From Antedon mediterranea (taxonomy: Eukaryota; Animalia; Echinodermata): a stretch of 64,000 nt of DNA. The DNA lies in NCBI RefSeq assembly GCF_964355755.1, contig NC_092676.1:3573888-3637887 (forward strand), in the 5' to 3' direction. This document shows positions 12,377 to 24,628 of this stretch, piece by piece (position 1 is the stretch's first letter; each line of letters starts with the position of its first letter). The notes under the pieces were generated by a model, which had not been told where the DNA came from, did not search any database, and saw only the letters and a program-made list of their open reading frames with translations. The position numbers and the translations under genes are program-made.

Positions 12377-13333
12377 AAGAACGAATTTATAAAATATATA
12401 TAATAACATGATTAACAACCTAATGAACGAAAAAAAAACAACAAAATAACAAAATAACTAAACCTAACCTATATGGATGAAAAATAAATGAAAAGACATC
12501 CGTAATGATTAACATAAAAATCCCCGAAATATTTTAATGGGAAAAATCATATGTATGTAAGAAAATTAAAATGTATATTTCAAATATAATATTTTAGTTA
12601 TAGTTTTCTAAGTGAAGACCAATTCATTTTAATTCAATTAGTGGTTATTATAATATGTAATATATATAAATACTACGACCTCTAGAGGAAGCAAAGGAGC
12701 CCTCTATTTTAATTTGACAATGTTTATTTAAAAACTTTCCTAAATAAAATAATCTCGGACATTTATTCAATAACTATAATAGCCTTCTCCTTATCTATTC
12801 ATACAGAACCAGGAAAACAAATGTGAAAACGTATAAACAAAGATGCGACAATAACAAAAATCGTTTTCAACAGTATGTAGAAGTAGATCTCCACAATACA
12901 TTACAACACAGGGATACTTCAGCGTTGCGTTTTAGTCAAAATCGTCACTCTAGGGGGCGGTATACAGTTGTACTACAGGAGCTTTACCTCTCAATAATGG
13001 AATAAGATATGTTTACAAAACTTTAGACCGGATGCGCAGTTTATTTTTGCATATAGCATGTGATCAGGTTTGATGTATCAATACAGTGACTAGATACAGG
13101 ACAGGAATCAGATCGAGTGAATGCTTAAACTGAGTACGATTTTATAACAACGCGAGTATCAACTATCAATAAGGTTTACATTATAAACATTATTGTTTAA
13201 TCATCAGAATTTACCTACGTCTATTTGTGTACGTTTTTGTTTCATCATAAATCTCTAGTTGGGAAATTGATTTAAACTGGACTAAAGTAATATTGGAAGC
13301 TCAACTAGAAACTACCAAGTCGCAGTGTTTATA

Positions 13334-14803
13334 ATGGCTCATCATCATTGCTTGTTGTTTTTGATTGTATTGTATAGTATATTTTACGACTGTTTTGCTC
13401 GAATTTATATTTTCACAGAAGATCCAAAATTGGTTCTTATTGCAAAAGGAAACACAGCAAGGCTATCGTGTGCATGGACACCAGAATTGAATGAACGGCA
13501 TACCTTTCAATGGTCATTATTCCCTCAGAATGGTGGTGAGCCTCAATCAATTAGAATGTCAAATTCAAAATACAATCTAACAAATGACGCAACATCTTCG
13601 AATCTTTCCATTTCCAATGTTGATTTCCATAACGTGGGAATATACAGGTGTGATATCACCGGAATAAATGAATACAGTTTTTCTAATGAGGCTTCTGTAG
13701 TGATAGGAGAAATAACGTGCAATCCAGAGAATGATAATGGTGAAATAGGAACAACAATGACATGTTCTTATCCTCCTTCTTATCCTTCAAATGATATTGA
13801 TTTACGATGGTATAAAAACGGAAATATAGTAATATCAGACACACAAGTCAAACACGTTTTAGAATCAAGAGCTTTGACTGCTGAAGACGATGGAGCTGTA
13901 TTTACTTGTAAAGCTTCAATCGGACCAAAACGTCAAGTGATCGGAACTTGTGAGACTACTCCGCTAGTATTGACTATAGATACAGAGATTGAACAATCAC
14001 CACTAGGTCAACTTCAGGTTGGTGATAGCTTTAATTTTACCTGCTCAGGGAAAGGAAATCCTGATTACTATGATTATAAATGGACGTGGAATGACAAACC
14101 AGTAGGATCGTCGCCAAATAAAAGACGATTTGCAATAGGTAATGTGCTTACTGCGATGAGTGTACCAAGCAGTGCTAATGGCAAAAACGCTACTTGTACC
14201 ATTAGTCGTAGTGGTCGCAACAGCAGTACAGCGAGATATACAATAAACGTGCTAGAGAACATTTGGAGTAGGCCTAAAACTACACGATTGCAAACAACAC
14301 CAGATAGACGTACGCAACAACTCATTACAGACCAAATCTCAGCAACTAATATCTCATCGGGTGACGAGTCCCCAACACTAATGGTTGTTATTAGTGTACT
14401 TGCAATTTCATTTGTAATTGCATTAATATTAATAATATACATGCATTTACAAAAGAGGAACTTAGCTAGGGACAACACAATTCCTTCAAAACGACCGTCG
14501 ACTAATATTGGGCACAATTACGATTACATTACGTCATCAGACACACACGTGACCACGGCAGTCAATGACATAGATAATAAATACGATTATGCCGTATATC
14601 CGTGCACACGAAATGAGAAAAACGTCACTGATGAATATATTGAGGTAATCAATTTTTCCCAAGATGACCCACCAAAACCAGAAAGTAATATCGCGGCTGA
14701 GTACGCTAACGTTGCGTTGCAACCAACAGATATTTGCAGCGAAGAGCCAAAGTACGAAAATAATAAACTACGTGTTAAACGCTACAAGCATGACAACGTC
14801 TGA
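13334..14803 (+). CDS. Single-exon IgSF receptor, tail class A
   Basis: Uninterrupted ORF with the same SP-3xIg-stalk-TM architecture; tail YDYI, YIEV, YANV, YEN. Confidence 0.9.
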   Translation: MAHHHCLLFLIVLYSIFYDCFARIYIFTEDPKLVLIAKGNTARLSCAWTPELNERHTFQWSLFPQNGGEPQSIRMSNSKYNLTNDATSSNLSISNVDFHNVGIYRCDITGINEYSFSNEASVVIGEITCNPENDNGEIGTTMTCSYPPSYPSNDIDLRWYKNGNIVISDTQVKHVLESRALTAEDDGAVFTCKASIGPKRQVIGTCETTPLVLTIDTEIEQSPLGQLQVGDSFNFTCSGKGNPDYYDYKWTWNDKPVGSSPNKRRFAIGNVLTAMSVPSSANGKNATCTISRSGRNSSTARYTINVLENIWSRPKTTRLQTTPDRRTQQLITDQISATNISSGDESPTLMVVISVLAISFVIALILIIYMHLQKRNLARDNTIPSKRPSTNIGHNYDYITSSDTHVTTAVNDIDNKYDYAVYPCTRNEKNVTDEYIEVINFSQDDPPKPESNIAAEYANVALQPTDICSEEPKYENNKLRVKRYKHDNV

Positions 14804-16017
14804 CAATGTAAAAACCAAGTACGAACAAAATTGAAATTGTTAACGTCACATCAGACTGTAAAAAAACATCAAACGACTTAATTAATTATATAAAAATATA
14901 TTATAATATTCCAGAGACGAAAATATCTTTTTAATATTGGCCTCTAACTAATGTTGAGCGTAGAAAATATATTCAAAAAGTACCGAATCAAAATTAAGGA
15001 AGAGTGAGATTCTTTTCTGATCTAAATTATATGTAAACGAGCAACACAAAACAATAAGGAAGGAAAGGAGTTTTACGAAAAGATTATCTCAAGGTTTCAA
15101 AGCAGGTACAGTACTATGATTGGTTCATGATCAAGTGCCGGTCCGGTCACGTGTTCAGTTTTACATTCACGTTCAAAGAATGTTTTACACAATCCGGGTT
15201 CCGACGAGCACACCCCAAAGAAAAAATCGAGTGAGTTCAATCAGTCATTAGAAAGGATGTTGACTTTTGTTAAACTTTACTACCGAGTTTTAGATTGTTG
15301 ATATTTGAACAGGTTTTGTGCGCAATGATATTCATAATATGTTTCATAACGTTAATCATAAGTCTATACGCAATATCACATTACATCGAATGTTTCATGA
15401 GACATAGTCGTATATCGATTTAACTTGAAGAAAACGACGAAAACCATTATAGAAATTCAGCAAGGAGATCCGAAAAAAACAAATGGCATGATAAAAAGCT
15501 AAAAAATAAAGAAAAACAAATAATAATCGTTGAATATTTATCCACACAAATTGTGAAGTTGAGTACGAAAAGAATACATTAATACAGTATAGTGACATAT
15601 TCCTTGAGGTTTGTTTTATCACATTCAAGATCAGTGCGCAGAATTATTGTAAAACAAGTTTCTCGACGCCCAAAAGAAAAGAGGACGAAAACCAAAGTAT
15701 TATGACAAAATGTAAGACTAGTAAAAACGGTATAAAAAAAACATCTTACTTTGAACGTTAACACGACAGGTAAGAGAAAGTTATGTTTCAACCAATCACA
15801 GTCACGAACAACTCAGCGTTTACAACTTAAACATTCAATGACCATAACGGTTTTAATCGATAGATGTACTTCACGCTCTCTCTCTAGGAAAAAATGGCAA
15901 TGTATTAGGAAAGTATTTTTACAGTATTACATCATTAATGTTGAATATTCAGTGGCACTATTTCCTGGTCATTTCTGCAGTAATCAAGTGTACCATTAGT
16001 AGTGAAATAGATCATTC

Positions 16018-16439
16018 CAGGGAAGAGTTCTTTCTTTCTTTCTTTCTTTCTTTCTTTATTTACCCATAAATATAAATTATAAACATTGTAATACAAATAA
16101 TAATAATTATATCAAGGGAAGGGCTAAAAAATAGTTAAAACTAATCAAGTTCAGCCCCTAAACATTGAAGTATAAATAGTTATATAAATAAATTAGGGCA
16201 ACTTGTCTAAAATAAAATTAATATACATAAACATTTTTTTTTTTTTTTTTTTAAATACACTTTCTCTCAAATATATACAATATAATTCTCTTATAAAATA
16301 AATAAATATCACTATACAAACAAATAGTATGTTTTCATTTCTTTTTTGAATTTGCTTTTTGTTAGAAACCTTAAATCATCTGGGATTTCATTCCAGAGCT
16401 TTGCACCAGAATACTTGATGGAATGTTAACTCTTCCCTG
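16018..16439 (-). mobile_element. CR1/L2-like LINE 3' fragment inside a 24-bp palindromic insertion
   Basis: Minus strand reads SIKYSGAKLWNEIPDDLRF..FKKEMK with an (AAAG)n tail. It is bracketed by cagggaagagtt / aactcttccctg and a duplicated atcattc. Confidence 0.65.
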
Positions 16440-16742
16440 ATCATTCCAACTTATATAACAACTAAATAAAGACACTTGTAGTGTCAACGTGTAATGTTTG
16501 ACTACGAATATAGGATATGACCGTATAAGAAGTTATTATTGGATATAATGTTTGATTGAAGTGTTTATAAATCTATGCGTACAGTCTACATTTTGATAAG
16601 GAAGTTAACTTAAGCAATGTTTGGAAGTCAGTCAAAGTGCCCGAGTCAGTACTATAGTATTTTATTAGGCATATAACAACGCGTGGGAACATTACAACAT
16701 TATAATTGTTTATAATTAGCTACATTTAATGCAAAGCTTACA

Positions 16743-18299
16743 ATGGCTCAACATCAATATTGTACATTGCTGTTTTACAAGTACTTGATTATATCGTATA
16801 GTGTATTTTACTGCGGCTGTGCACAATTTTATACATTTACACAACATCCACAATCGTTTCTCGTTGCTGAAGGACAAACAGCAACGTTATCGTGTGAATG
16901 GACACCAGCACTGATATATGTAAACCATAACTACATTGCATGGGCAGTATTTCCCAATCGTGGTAGGTCAGAGACAATTGAAAGTTCTAATTCAAAATAC
17001 AATTTAAGAAATGGAGCAACATTTTCATTTTTATCCATTCTCAATGTTGATTATAACGATGTCGGAAAATACAGGTGTGATATCTTTGATAGTGATTCAA
17101 CATACACTCTTTCTGAATCGGCTTCTGTAGTGCTAGGAGAAATAGTGTGCAATCCAGAGAATGACAATGGTGAGATTGGAACAACGCTGACATGTTCTTA
17201 TTTTACTTCTTATTATTCACGTGATATTGATTTACTATGGTATAAAGACAGGAAACAAATTACATCAAAAGTAAAACAAAATAATGTTATCAAATCAAAT
17301 TTGACTGTCGAAGACGATGGAGCTGTATTTACTTGTAAAGCCACTGTCAGACCATCACATAGACTGATAGGAACTTGTGAAACTACTCCGCTAGTATTGA
17401 CTATAGATGCAGAGATTGAACAATCACCACCAGGTACACTTCAGGTTGGAAATAGCTTCAATCTTACCTGCTCAGCGAAAGGTAATCCTGATTATTATAA
17501 TTACGAATGGACGTGGAATAACAAACCTGTAGGATGGTCACCAAATAAAAGACTATTTGCAATAGGTAATGTGCTTACTGCGACGAGTGTATCAATCAAT
17601 GCTAATGGCAAAATGATTACTTGTACCATTAGTCGTGATGGTCGTAACAGCAGTACAGCGAATTATACAATAAACGTTATAGAGAACATTTCGAGTAGGC
17701 ATACAACTAAACAACACTATACAACACCAGGTAGACGTACGCAAAAAGTCGTTACAGACAAACTACTACCAACTACACGCTTACACACTACACGTTTGCA
17801 GTCGACACGTCCGCAACGACTCATTACAGACAAACTATCAGAAAATATCTCTTCGGCTGACGAGCCCCCAACACTAATGGTTGTTATTAGTGTACTTGCA
17901 ATTTCACTTGCAATTGCTTTAATATTATTAATATACATGAAAATACAAAAGAGGAACTTAGCTAGAGACAACACAATTCCTTCAAAACGACCGACGACTA
18001 ACATTGGACACAATTATGATTACATTACGTCATCTGACACACACGTGACCACGGCAGTCAATGACATAGATAATAAATACGATTATGCCGTATATCCGTG
18101 CACACGCAATGAGAAAATCGTCACTGCTGAATATATTGAGGTAGTCAACTTTTCCAAAGATGACCCAACAAATCCAGAAAGTAATAGCGCGGCTGAGTAC
18201 GATAACGTTGCATTGCAACCAACAGATATTTGCAGCGAAGAGCCAAAGTACGAAAATAATAAACTACGTGTTAAACGCTACAAGCATGACAACGTCTGA
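16743..18299 (+). CDS. Single-exon IgSF receptor, tail class A
   Basis: 518-aa ORF with full architecture; stalk contains one VVTDKLLPTTRLHTTRLQST unit. Confidence 0.9.
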   Translation: MAQHQYCTLLFYKYLIISYSVFYCGCAQFYTFTQHPQSFLVAEGQTATLSCEWTPALIYVNHNYIAWAVFPNRGRSETIESSNSKYNLRNGATFSFLSILNVDYNDVGKYRCDIFDSDSTYTLSESASVVLGEIVCNPENDNGEIGTTLTCSYFTSYYSRDIDLLWYKDRKQITSKVKQNNVIKSNLTVEDDGAVFTCKATVRPSHRLIGTCETTPLVLTIDAEIEQSPPGTLQVGNSFNLTCSAKGNPDYYNYEWTWNNKPVGWSPNKRLFAIGNVLTATSVSINANGKMITCTISRDGRNSSTANYTINVIENISSRHTTKQHYTTPGRRTQKVVTDKLLPTTRLHTTRLQSTRPQRLITDKLSENISSADEPPTLMVVISVLAISLAIALILLIYMKIQKRNLARDNTIPSKRPTTNIGHNYDYITSSDTHVTTAVNDIDNKYDYAVYPCTRNEKIVTAEYIEVVNFSKDDPTNPESNSAAEYDNVALQPTDICSEEPKYENNKLRVKRYKHDNV

Positions 18300-18413
18300 C
18301 AATGTAAAAACCAAGTACGAAAATATTTACGCGCTGGCCATCAGTGAGGATAAATACAATGACGTCATATTGAGGATCACAGAAGCGCATACTGATGACG
18401 CAAACGAGTACGA

Positions 18414-19152
18414 AAATGGATTAGAATGATTAAGCCAGTAAACTCTATTATCTAAATGGACTAGTACGATTAAACCAGTAAACTCTGTTATCTCAATGGA
18501 TTAGTACGATTAAACCAGTAAACTGTGTTATCTAAATGGATTAGTACGATTAAAAACCGTAAACTCTGTTATCTAAATGGATTAGTACGATTAAATCTGT
18601 AAACTCTGTTATCTAAATGGATTAGTACGATTAACGCAGTAAACTCTATTATCTAAATGGATTAGTACGATTAAAAACAGTAAACTCTGTTATCTAAATG
18701 GATTAGTACGATTAAATCAGTAAACTATGTTATCTAAAAGGTAGTACGATTAAACCAGTAAACTCTGTTATTTAAATGGATTAGAACGATTAAAAACAGT
18801 AAACTCTGTTATCTAAATGGATTAGTACGATTAAATCAGTAAACTCTGTAATCTAAAAGGTAGTACGATTAAACCAGTAAACTCTATTATCTAAATGGAT
18901 TAGTACGATTAAAAACAGTAAACTCTGTTATCTAAATGGATTAGTACGATTAAATCAGTAAGCTCTGTTATCTAAAAGGTAGTACGATTAAACCAGTAAA
19001 CTCTGTTATTTAAATGGATTAGTACGATTAAAAACAGTAAACTCTGTTATCTAAATGGATTAGTACGATTAAATCAGTAAACTCTGTTATCTAAAAGGTA
19101 GTACGATTAAACCAGTAAAATCTGTTATTTAAATGGATTAGAACGATTAAAC
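18414..19152 (+). repeat. Minisatellite, ~40-bp unit, ~18 copies
   Basis: Unit aaatggattagtacgattaaaccagtaaactctgttatct; the distal half shows a repeating 3-unit pattern. Confidence 0.95.
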
Positions 19153-19711
19153 TAAAATGTTTATATAAAATGTATGGTTTTCTTTAATCATTTAATAATG
19201 AATGTAGAGAAAACACTGTAAATAAGTAAAATTTGTTGTTGTTCTGTTTAATTTTTATTTAAAATAATAATATTTGCTGCGTCACTGCGTCTGGTTTATA
19301 TTAACAGTATTCTCGTTAGAAGAATAAATCTTTATTATATTAATATTATTATTATATAATTATCTAATCTAAAAATCAAATCATTTTTCAAAACTAGAGA
19401 AGAAGGCTTCGTTTTATTATTTGTCTCTAAACAACGTTCCGCGGATATAATGTTGGATTGAAGTGTTTATCAATTGAGCAGCATACGTGTGAACAAGCAA
19501 ACATTATTAAATGTCTAAACATTATTACTGGTGTCTTTGAATCGTCGGAATAAGGAATATAATTTATAGGAATATTTGCGTAAATCTCAATTTGATAAAG
19601 AAGTTCCAATTTTCGGACATCAATCGAGGTGCCTTAGTCAGTACTGTACCATTCCTATTATAACAACGCATAGGAACATCGAACGTCTTATGATATCTAA
19701 TATTGACTACA

Positions 19712-21498
19712 ATGTTTATAAAGACTTACCATCAACTTTGTACATTGCTGTTTTACAAGTGCCTGGTTATATTGTATAGTATATTTCACTGTTGCTGTGC
19801 ACAATCCTATACTTTTACAAAACAACCAAAATCTGTTCTTGTTGGACAAAGAAACACAGCAATGTTGTCGTGTGAATGGAAACCAGCATTGAATGAAAAC
19901 CATGTCGTTTACTGGTCAGCATACCCTCATGTTGGTGGGTCACCAGCAATCGCAATCGATAGGTCAACTTTAAAGTACAATTTAACAAATATAGCAACAT
20001 CTGCATATCTTTCCATTTTTAATGTTGGTTACAACAATGTAGGAAGATACAGGTGTGATATCTCGGAAGATGGTGATTTATTCAGTCTTTCTGAACGTGC
20101 TTCTGTAGTTCTAGGAGAAATATTGTGCGATCCAAAAAATAGCAATGGTGAGATTGGAACAACGCTGACATGTTCCTATTTTACTTCTTATTATTCACGT
20201 GATATTGATTTACTATGGTATAAAAACAGGAAACAAATTACATCAAAAGTACAAAAAAACAATGCTATAAAATCAAGAGCTTTGACTGTTGAAGACGATG
20301 GAGCTGTATTTACTTGTAAAGCCAGAATTAGATCTCAAAATCAAGTGATAGGAACTTGTGAAACTACTCCTATTATATTAAGTATAGATGCAGAGATTGT
20401 ACAATCACCGCCAGGTCCAGGTCTCAGGTTGGAGATAGCTTTAACCTTACCTGCTTAAGGAAAGGTAATCCTGATTATTATAATTATGAATGGACGTGGA
20501 ATGGCGAACCAGTAGGATCGTCACCAAATGGAAAGCGATTTGCAATTGGCAATGTGGTTACTGTGACGAGTGTATCAAGCAGATACAATGGCAAAACAGT
20601 TACCTGTACTATTAGTCGTAGTGGGCGTAACACAAGTACAGCAACATATACAGTAAACGTTATAGAACAAATGACTACACGTTTGCAGTCGACATCTGGT
20701 ACGCATACGCGCAACTCAATTACGGTCAGACTATCAGAAACTAATGTCGCGCATGACGTTTCACCAGTAATGACTACCCGTTTACAGTCGACACTAGGTA
20801 CACGTACGTACAAGTCAATTACAGAAACTAATATCCAGGATAATGATTCTACAATAGTAATCACTGTCATCATTGGCGTAGTTGCGATAGCTCTTGTGAG
20901 TTTGATAACAGCGTTTATAATTTACTTTTTAAAGAACAGGCACAAGAAACATTACGACAAAGAAGAGACAAAACCCGAAAATGTACCATTGGAAAAACCA
21001 GTGTACGGTAACACTGAACAAAACATTAACAGTTCTGAAATAGATAAGTACCTGTGTGAAAATGTGGAGACAATATACGCAGAACCTGACCTGTCAGAAA
21101 ATGGTTGCCATGTTAAATATGACACGCCACAGAATGCATTAAACATTGATAAAACTGATGATTCTTTAGGTAAGCCAATGAAACCTAATGAAGCAAGTGA
21201 TGCTAAGCCGGGAAAAACGACAAGTGCCGAAAGTACAGATGCAATACAAGTAAAACCGATCAAGGCCCGCAGTAAAGAAATTATTGAAGATCTGTATTCT
21301 AAGCCTAACAAACGGAATGCGAAAACGCCGATCGAGGCCCAAAGCAAAGAGAATCTTGAAGATCTGTATACTAGGCCTAATAAACCGACTGCAAGCAGAC
21401 CAATCAAGGCCCACAATGTTAAAGAAAGTCTATCACATGCTGTAGAAATTAATATTATTCAACTTTCGATATGTGACGTTCGGTCAGATCGTTTGTGA
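19712..21498 (+). pseudogene. Frameshifted IgSF receptor, tail class D with terminal deletion
   Basis: +2 shift at ~20420 (ccaggtccaggtctcag vs ccaggtccacttcag). The downstream frame holds Ig3, stalk, TM and tail; the ITIM end is lost after KAHNV. Confidence 0.85.
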
Positions 21499-22559
21499 CA
21501 GTTTCAAGCAATGTGTATTTAGGCCTGAGATTAAAACAGAAGGTAATACGACATACGTCTCCAGCGACCTCCATAAAGAATATAGATTTAAAATAACAGA
21601 CTATCACATTATCTATGTTAACGCGGACTGCTGAGTTGTTTCTGTAACTTTGTATACAGTTTTTCATATAATTGATATAAAGTACCATGATATTCTATAA
21701 TAATTTTCTATGATAAATGAATACATAAATGCATTGCAGCCACATAAATATATAATTTAAGAAAGAAATAACACTTGTTGGTAATTGTAAATATTAGATA
21801 CAAAGTCAAATAATTCTTAGATATCATAGCCCTAAATCCGTTTACTTCATAATAGACGTATTGTAGTTGAATTCGGTTGCTTATCTATTTTGGTATTTAT
21901 TTTAAAATAATCAATCTTGTGTTATGTCGGCCTAATTAACCTTGCGCATAAAAATAAGTTACTTAATATATTTTTATTTTAAAGAAACCGATGTAGGCCT
22001 ACAGTATACCGTTGTATTTTAATGAATACTAGCAGAACAAGAACATCTCGAAAATGGATTTTCAGTTAATATCATTATATAATTGATATATACTGCTTAG
22101 ATAGTTTAATATTATTGATTATGAAATCAAAGTTATTGATTATATATTCGATATTGATTGTTATTGGGTTTTCAAATGAAAGCCAAATGTGTGAGTTATT
22201 TTTTGTTCTTGTATGAGGAAGCAAACTACCAAATTATTTAGGAAATGAGGAGATTGAAACAACACTGACGAGATCAAGGAAGTACAGGAAACAATTAGCA
22301 ACAGTTTTGAGTTATATAAACACTAATATGAATGTACGAGGTTAGAGATTGGTGGTTACATTAATTCCCTTTCTGTTGATGGTACTTCGGACAATTCTCC
22401 CCGAGTGTTCAACAAGTCGGACTTCCGGAAAAAAGTAATTCAACATTACAGCAATTCCTACATGGTCAAAAAAAAAGAAGAAAAATGAAATAATTGAAAA
22501 AGTTTAAAATTAGTTGGAGATTGATGGTTACTTTACTGTGGTAATTCGTTTAACTCTTA

Positions 22560-22714
22560 AGCTCTGTCTACACTATCAAACTAGTTTGACGAAAAAGGTG
22601 TGATGTGCCCAAATATGGTAGTGATATTCCAAAATATGGTAGTGGTATATCATGTCCATATATGGGAACATCACATTTTGTTGTCACATGAAGTTTGGTA
22701 GTGTAGACAAAGCT
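22560..22714. mobile_element. Harbinger-type MITE
   Basis: TIRs agctctgtctacactatcaaact / agtttggtagtgtagacaaagct with TTA TSD. Confidence 0.8.
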
Positions 22715-23550
22715 TTAGTGTTTTTAAAAAATGACCCACATATCTCATTTTACTTGAAATCCATATACAATTTAAATTTCAAAGATTTTTTTTAATCTTT
22801 GGTGGTTCACCACCACCTTTATTCATTCAATGTTTCATTACATAATCTCTAAACATTTTCTACCTTTTTTCATTATTTTCTGTTTTTCCTCATTGATATC
22901 ATAATTTTAACCTTTAGTATCATACCATTAATACAAAGTATTTACATTTTAACATTCTTTTTTTTTAAATCCTCTATTTACAATAATAATAATAACCAAT
23001 TGTAGGCCTATATTAATTAAAATACTTATTATTATACTTGTTTCTGCTTTCGGTTTTACTTAGCTTGTGGTTCATCAATATTTTGCCTTGAATATTTAAA
23101 AGATTGCACTGCGGTAATTATACCGGTAGGCCTCCTGCAATGGTAACAAGTTAAAACCAAACCAACTTCTCTTTCTCGATACTGAAGTAAAACTATAATT
23201 TATAACGCTTTCGATTTAAATTCCAAAGATAAAAACACACAAAGTAACGCAAAAGGTCAAAGTATGTTGTTTTAGATTTTCCTTCGTGGTTCATCGATAT
23301 TGTACCGGTACTGCTGCAGGTAACAGTTAAACCCAAACCAAATTCTCGCTCTCCATACTGATAGTAAACTCTAATTTAAAGACTAAAACTAACGCCTTCG
23401 AGGAAGCAACGGCAATGGAAATTAAAGGGCGACTTATTTTACTTAATTCGTTTTTTATGACATTAAATGGTCGCACAGACACTTCTGTTCATATCAAAAC
23501 AAACAAGTTACGAAAACAGTAAGCCCTAATAAGGAAACAAGAGCATATGA

Positions 23551-23700
23551 AGCACTGTCCACACTATCTAACTTTATGTAACAAGTTATTGCCCATAAAC
23601 GGACATGATGATGTCACATCACTACCATATTTGGGCATACCACTACCATGGGCACATCACACTTTTGTTGTCAAACTAGTTTGATAGTGTAGACAGAGCT
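23551..23700. mobile_element. Same MITE family, inverted copy
   Basis: agcactgtccacactatc...gatagtgtagacagagct followed by TAA. Confidence 0.8.
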
Positions 23701-23947
23701 TAATGCTGGTTGGACCAAAAATAGATCGGAAATGAAAAATCGGAACATAAAGGCTTGCTTCTAAGTGTTCTCTATGTCTTGTCGTCACTTGGAAGGTAAA
23801 CATATTATTATGTACACTTCTCTCCCAGGCTAGGTCACTGCGTATTGTATATTGTTACAGTATTTCTATCTATGTTCAGTATTATATACTTTCTTATTTA
23901 CCTGTCCTATTGGTATATAAGTACTCTAGGCGTTGTTTTCTGTTCTT

Positions 23948-23980
23948 CTGATGATGAGAATTGTTTCTCGAAACATGTCA
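23948..23980 (+). ncRNA. Minimal hammerhead ribozyme motif (Penelope-type)
   Basis: CTGATGA-t-GAGAA ttgt TTCTC-GAAA-CATGTC: catalytic core boxes, a 5-bp stem II and a palindromic CATG in stem III. Stem I is weak. Confidence 0.55.
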
Positions 23981-24628
23981 CATTTTAAGGTAGTTTGCCT
24001 ATTCGTTAAATGCCTCGCTATACTCATATTAACTCGTAAGTTCGGTGGAATCATTCAGGATTTATCTATTATATAATATGATTGTATGATTACCGTTGTT
24101 TTGATATTAGTAAATGAATTTAGAAATACCTCTTTACTAAACGAATCGGAATAAAATAAACTGAGATAATAATAGAAGCTGTGCGTGTGAAGCATACAAC
24201 AACAGTGTCAAGGTAAAACATCCAAGTATTTTCATTTCGATTGGTTTGTTAAAAATGTCTAAATTCCTAATCCGGAGGTATTGAAGTAAATAAACACTGT
24301 ATGGGGCATCATTGTATTATCACTGGATAACATACCACACAATATAATAATAACACATATGAAACGATCTTCTAAAATAACTTTATAATCGGATAAACAA
24401 TTATTTCTATATGATTGGATATTGTATTGGGCACAAATGAAATCATATCGCGTGAGACTTTAGTAATAATGTCTTTCAAAAGAATGCGTTAAAACATAAA
24501 CTATTCTTATATTGTAGTCATTACCATAACTGATTGGAATCTACAATAGTCCTAAACAATCACAATGTTGGGAAGGAAGTTACTTTAAACCGATCAAAAG
24601 CAATATTTGGGAATTGACATTCACAAGA

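Noticed and set aside
18414-19152. CRISPR-like regular repeat
   Set aside because: Units are contiguous with no unique spacers and no cas genes; it is a minisatellite in eukaryotic DNA.
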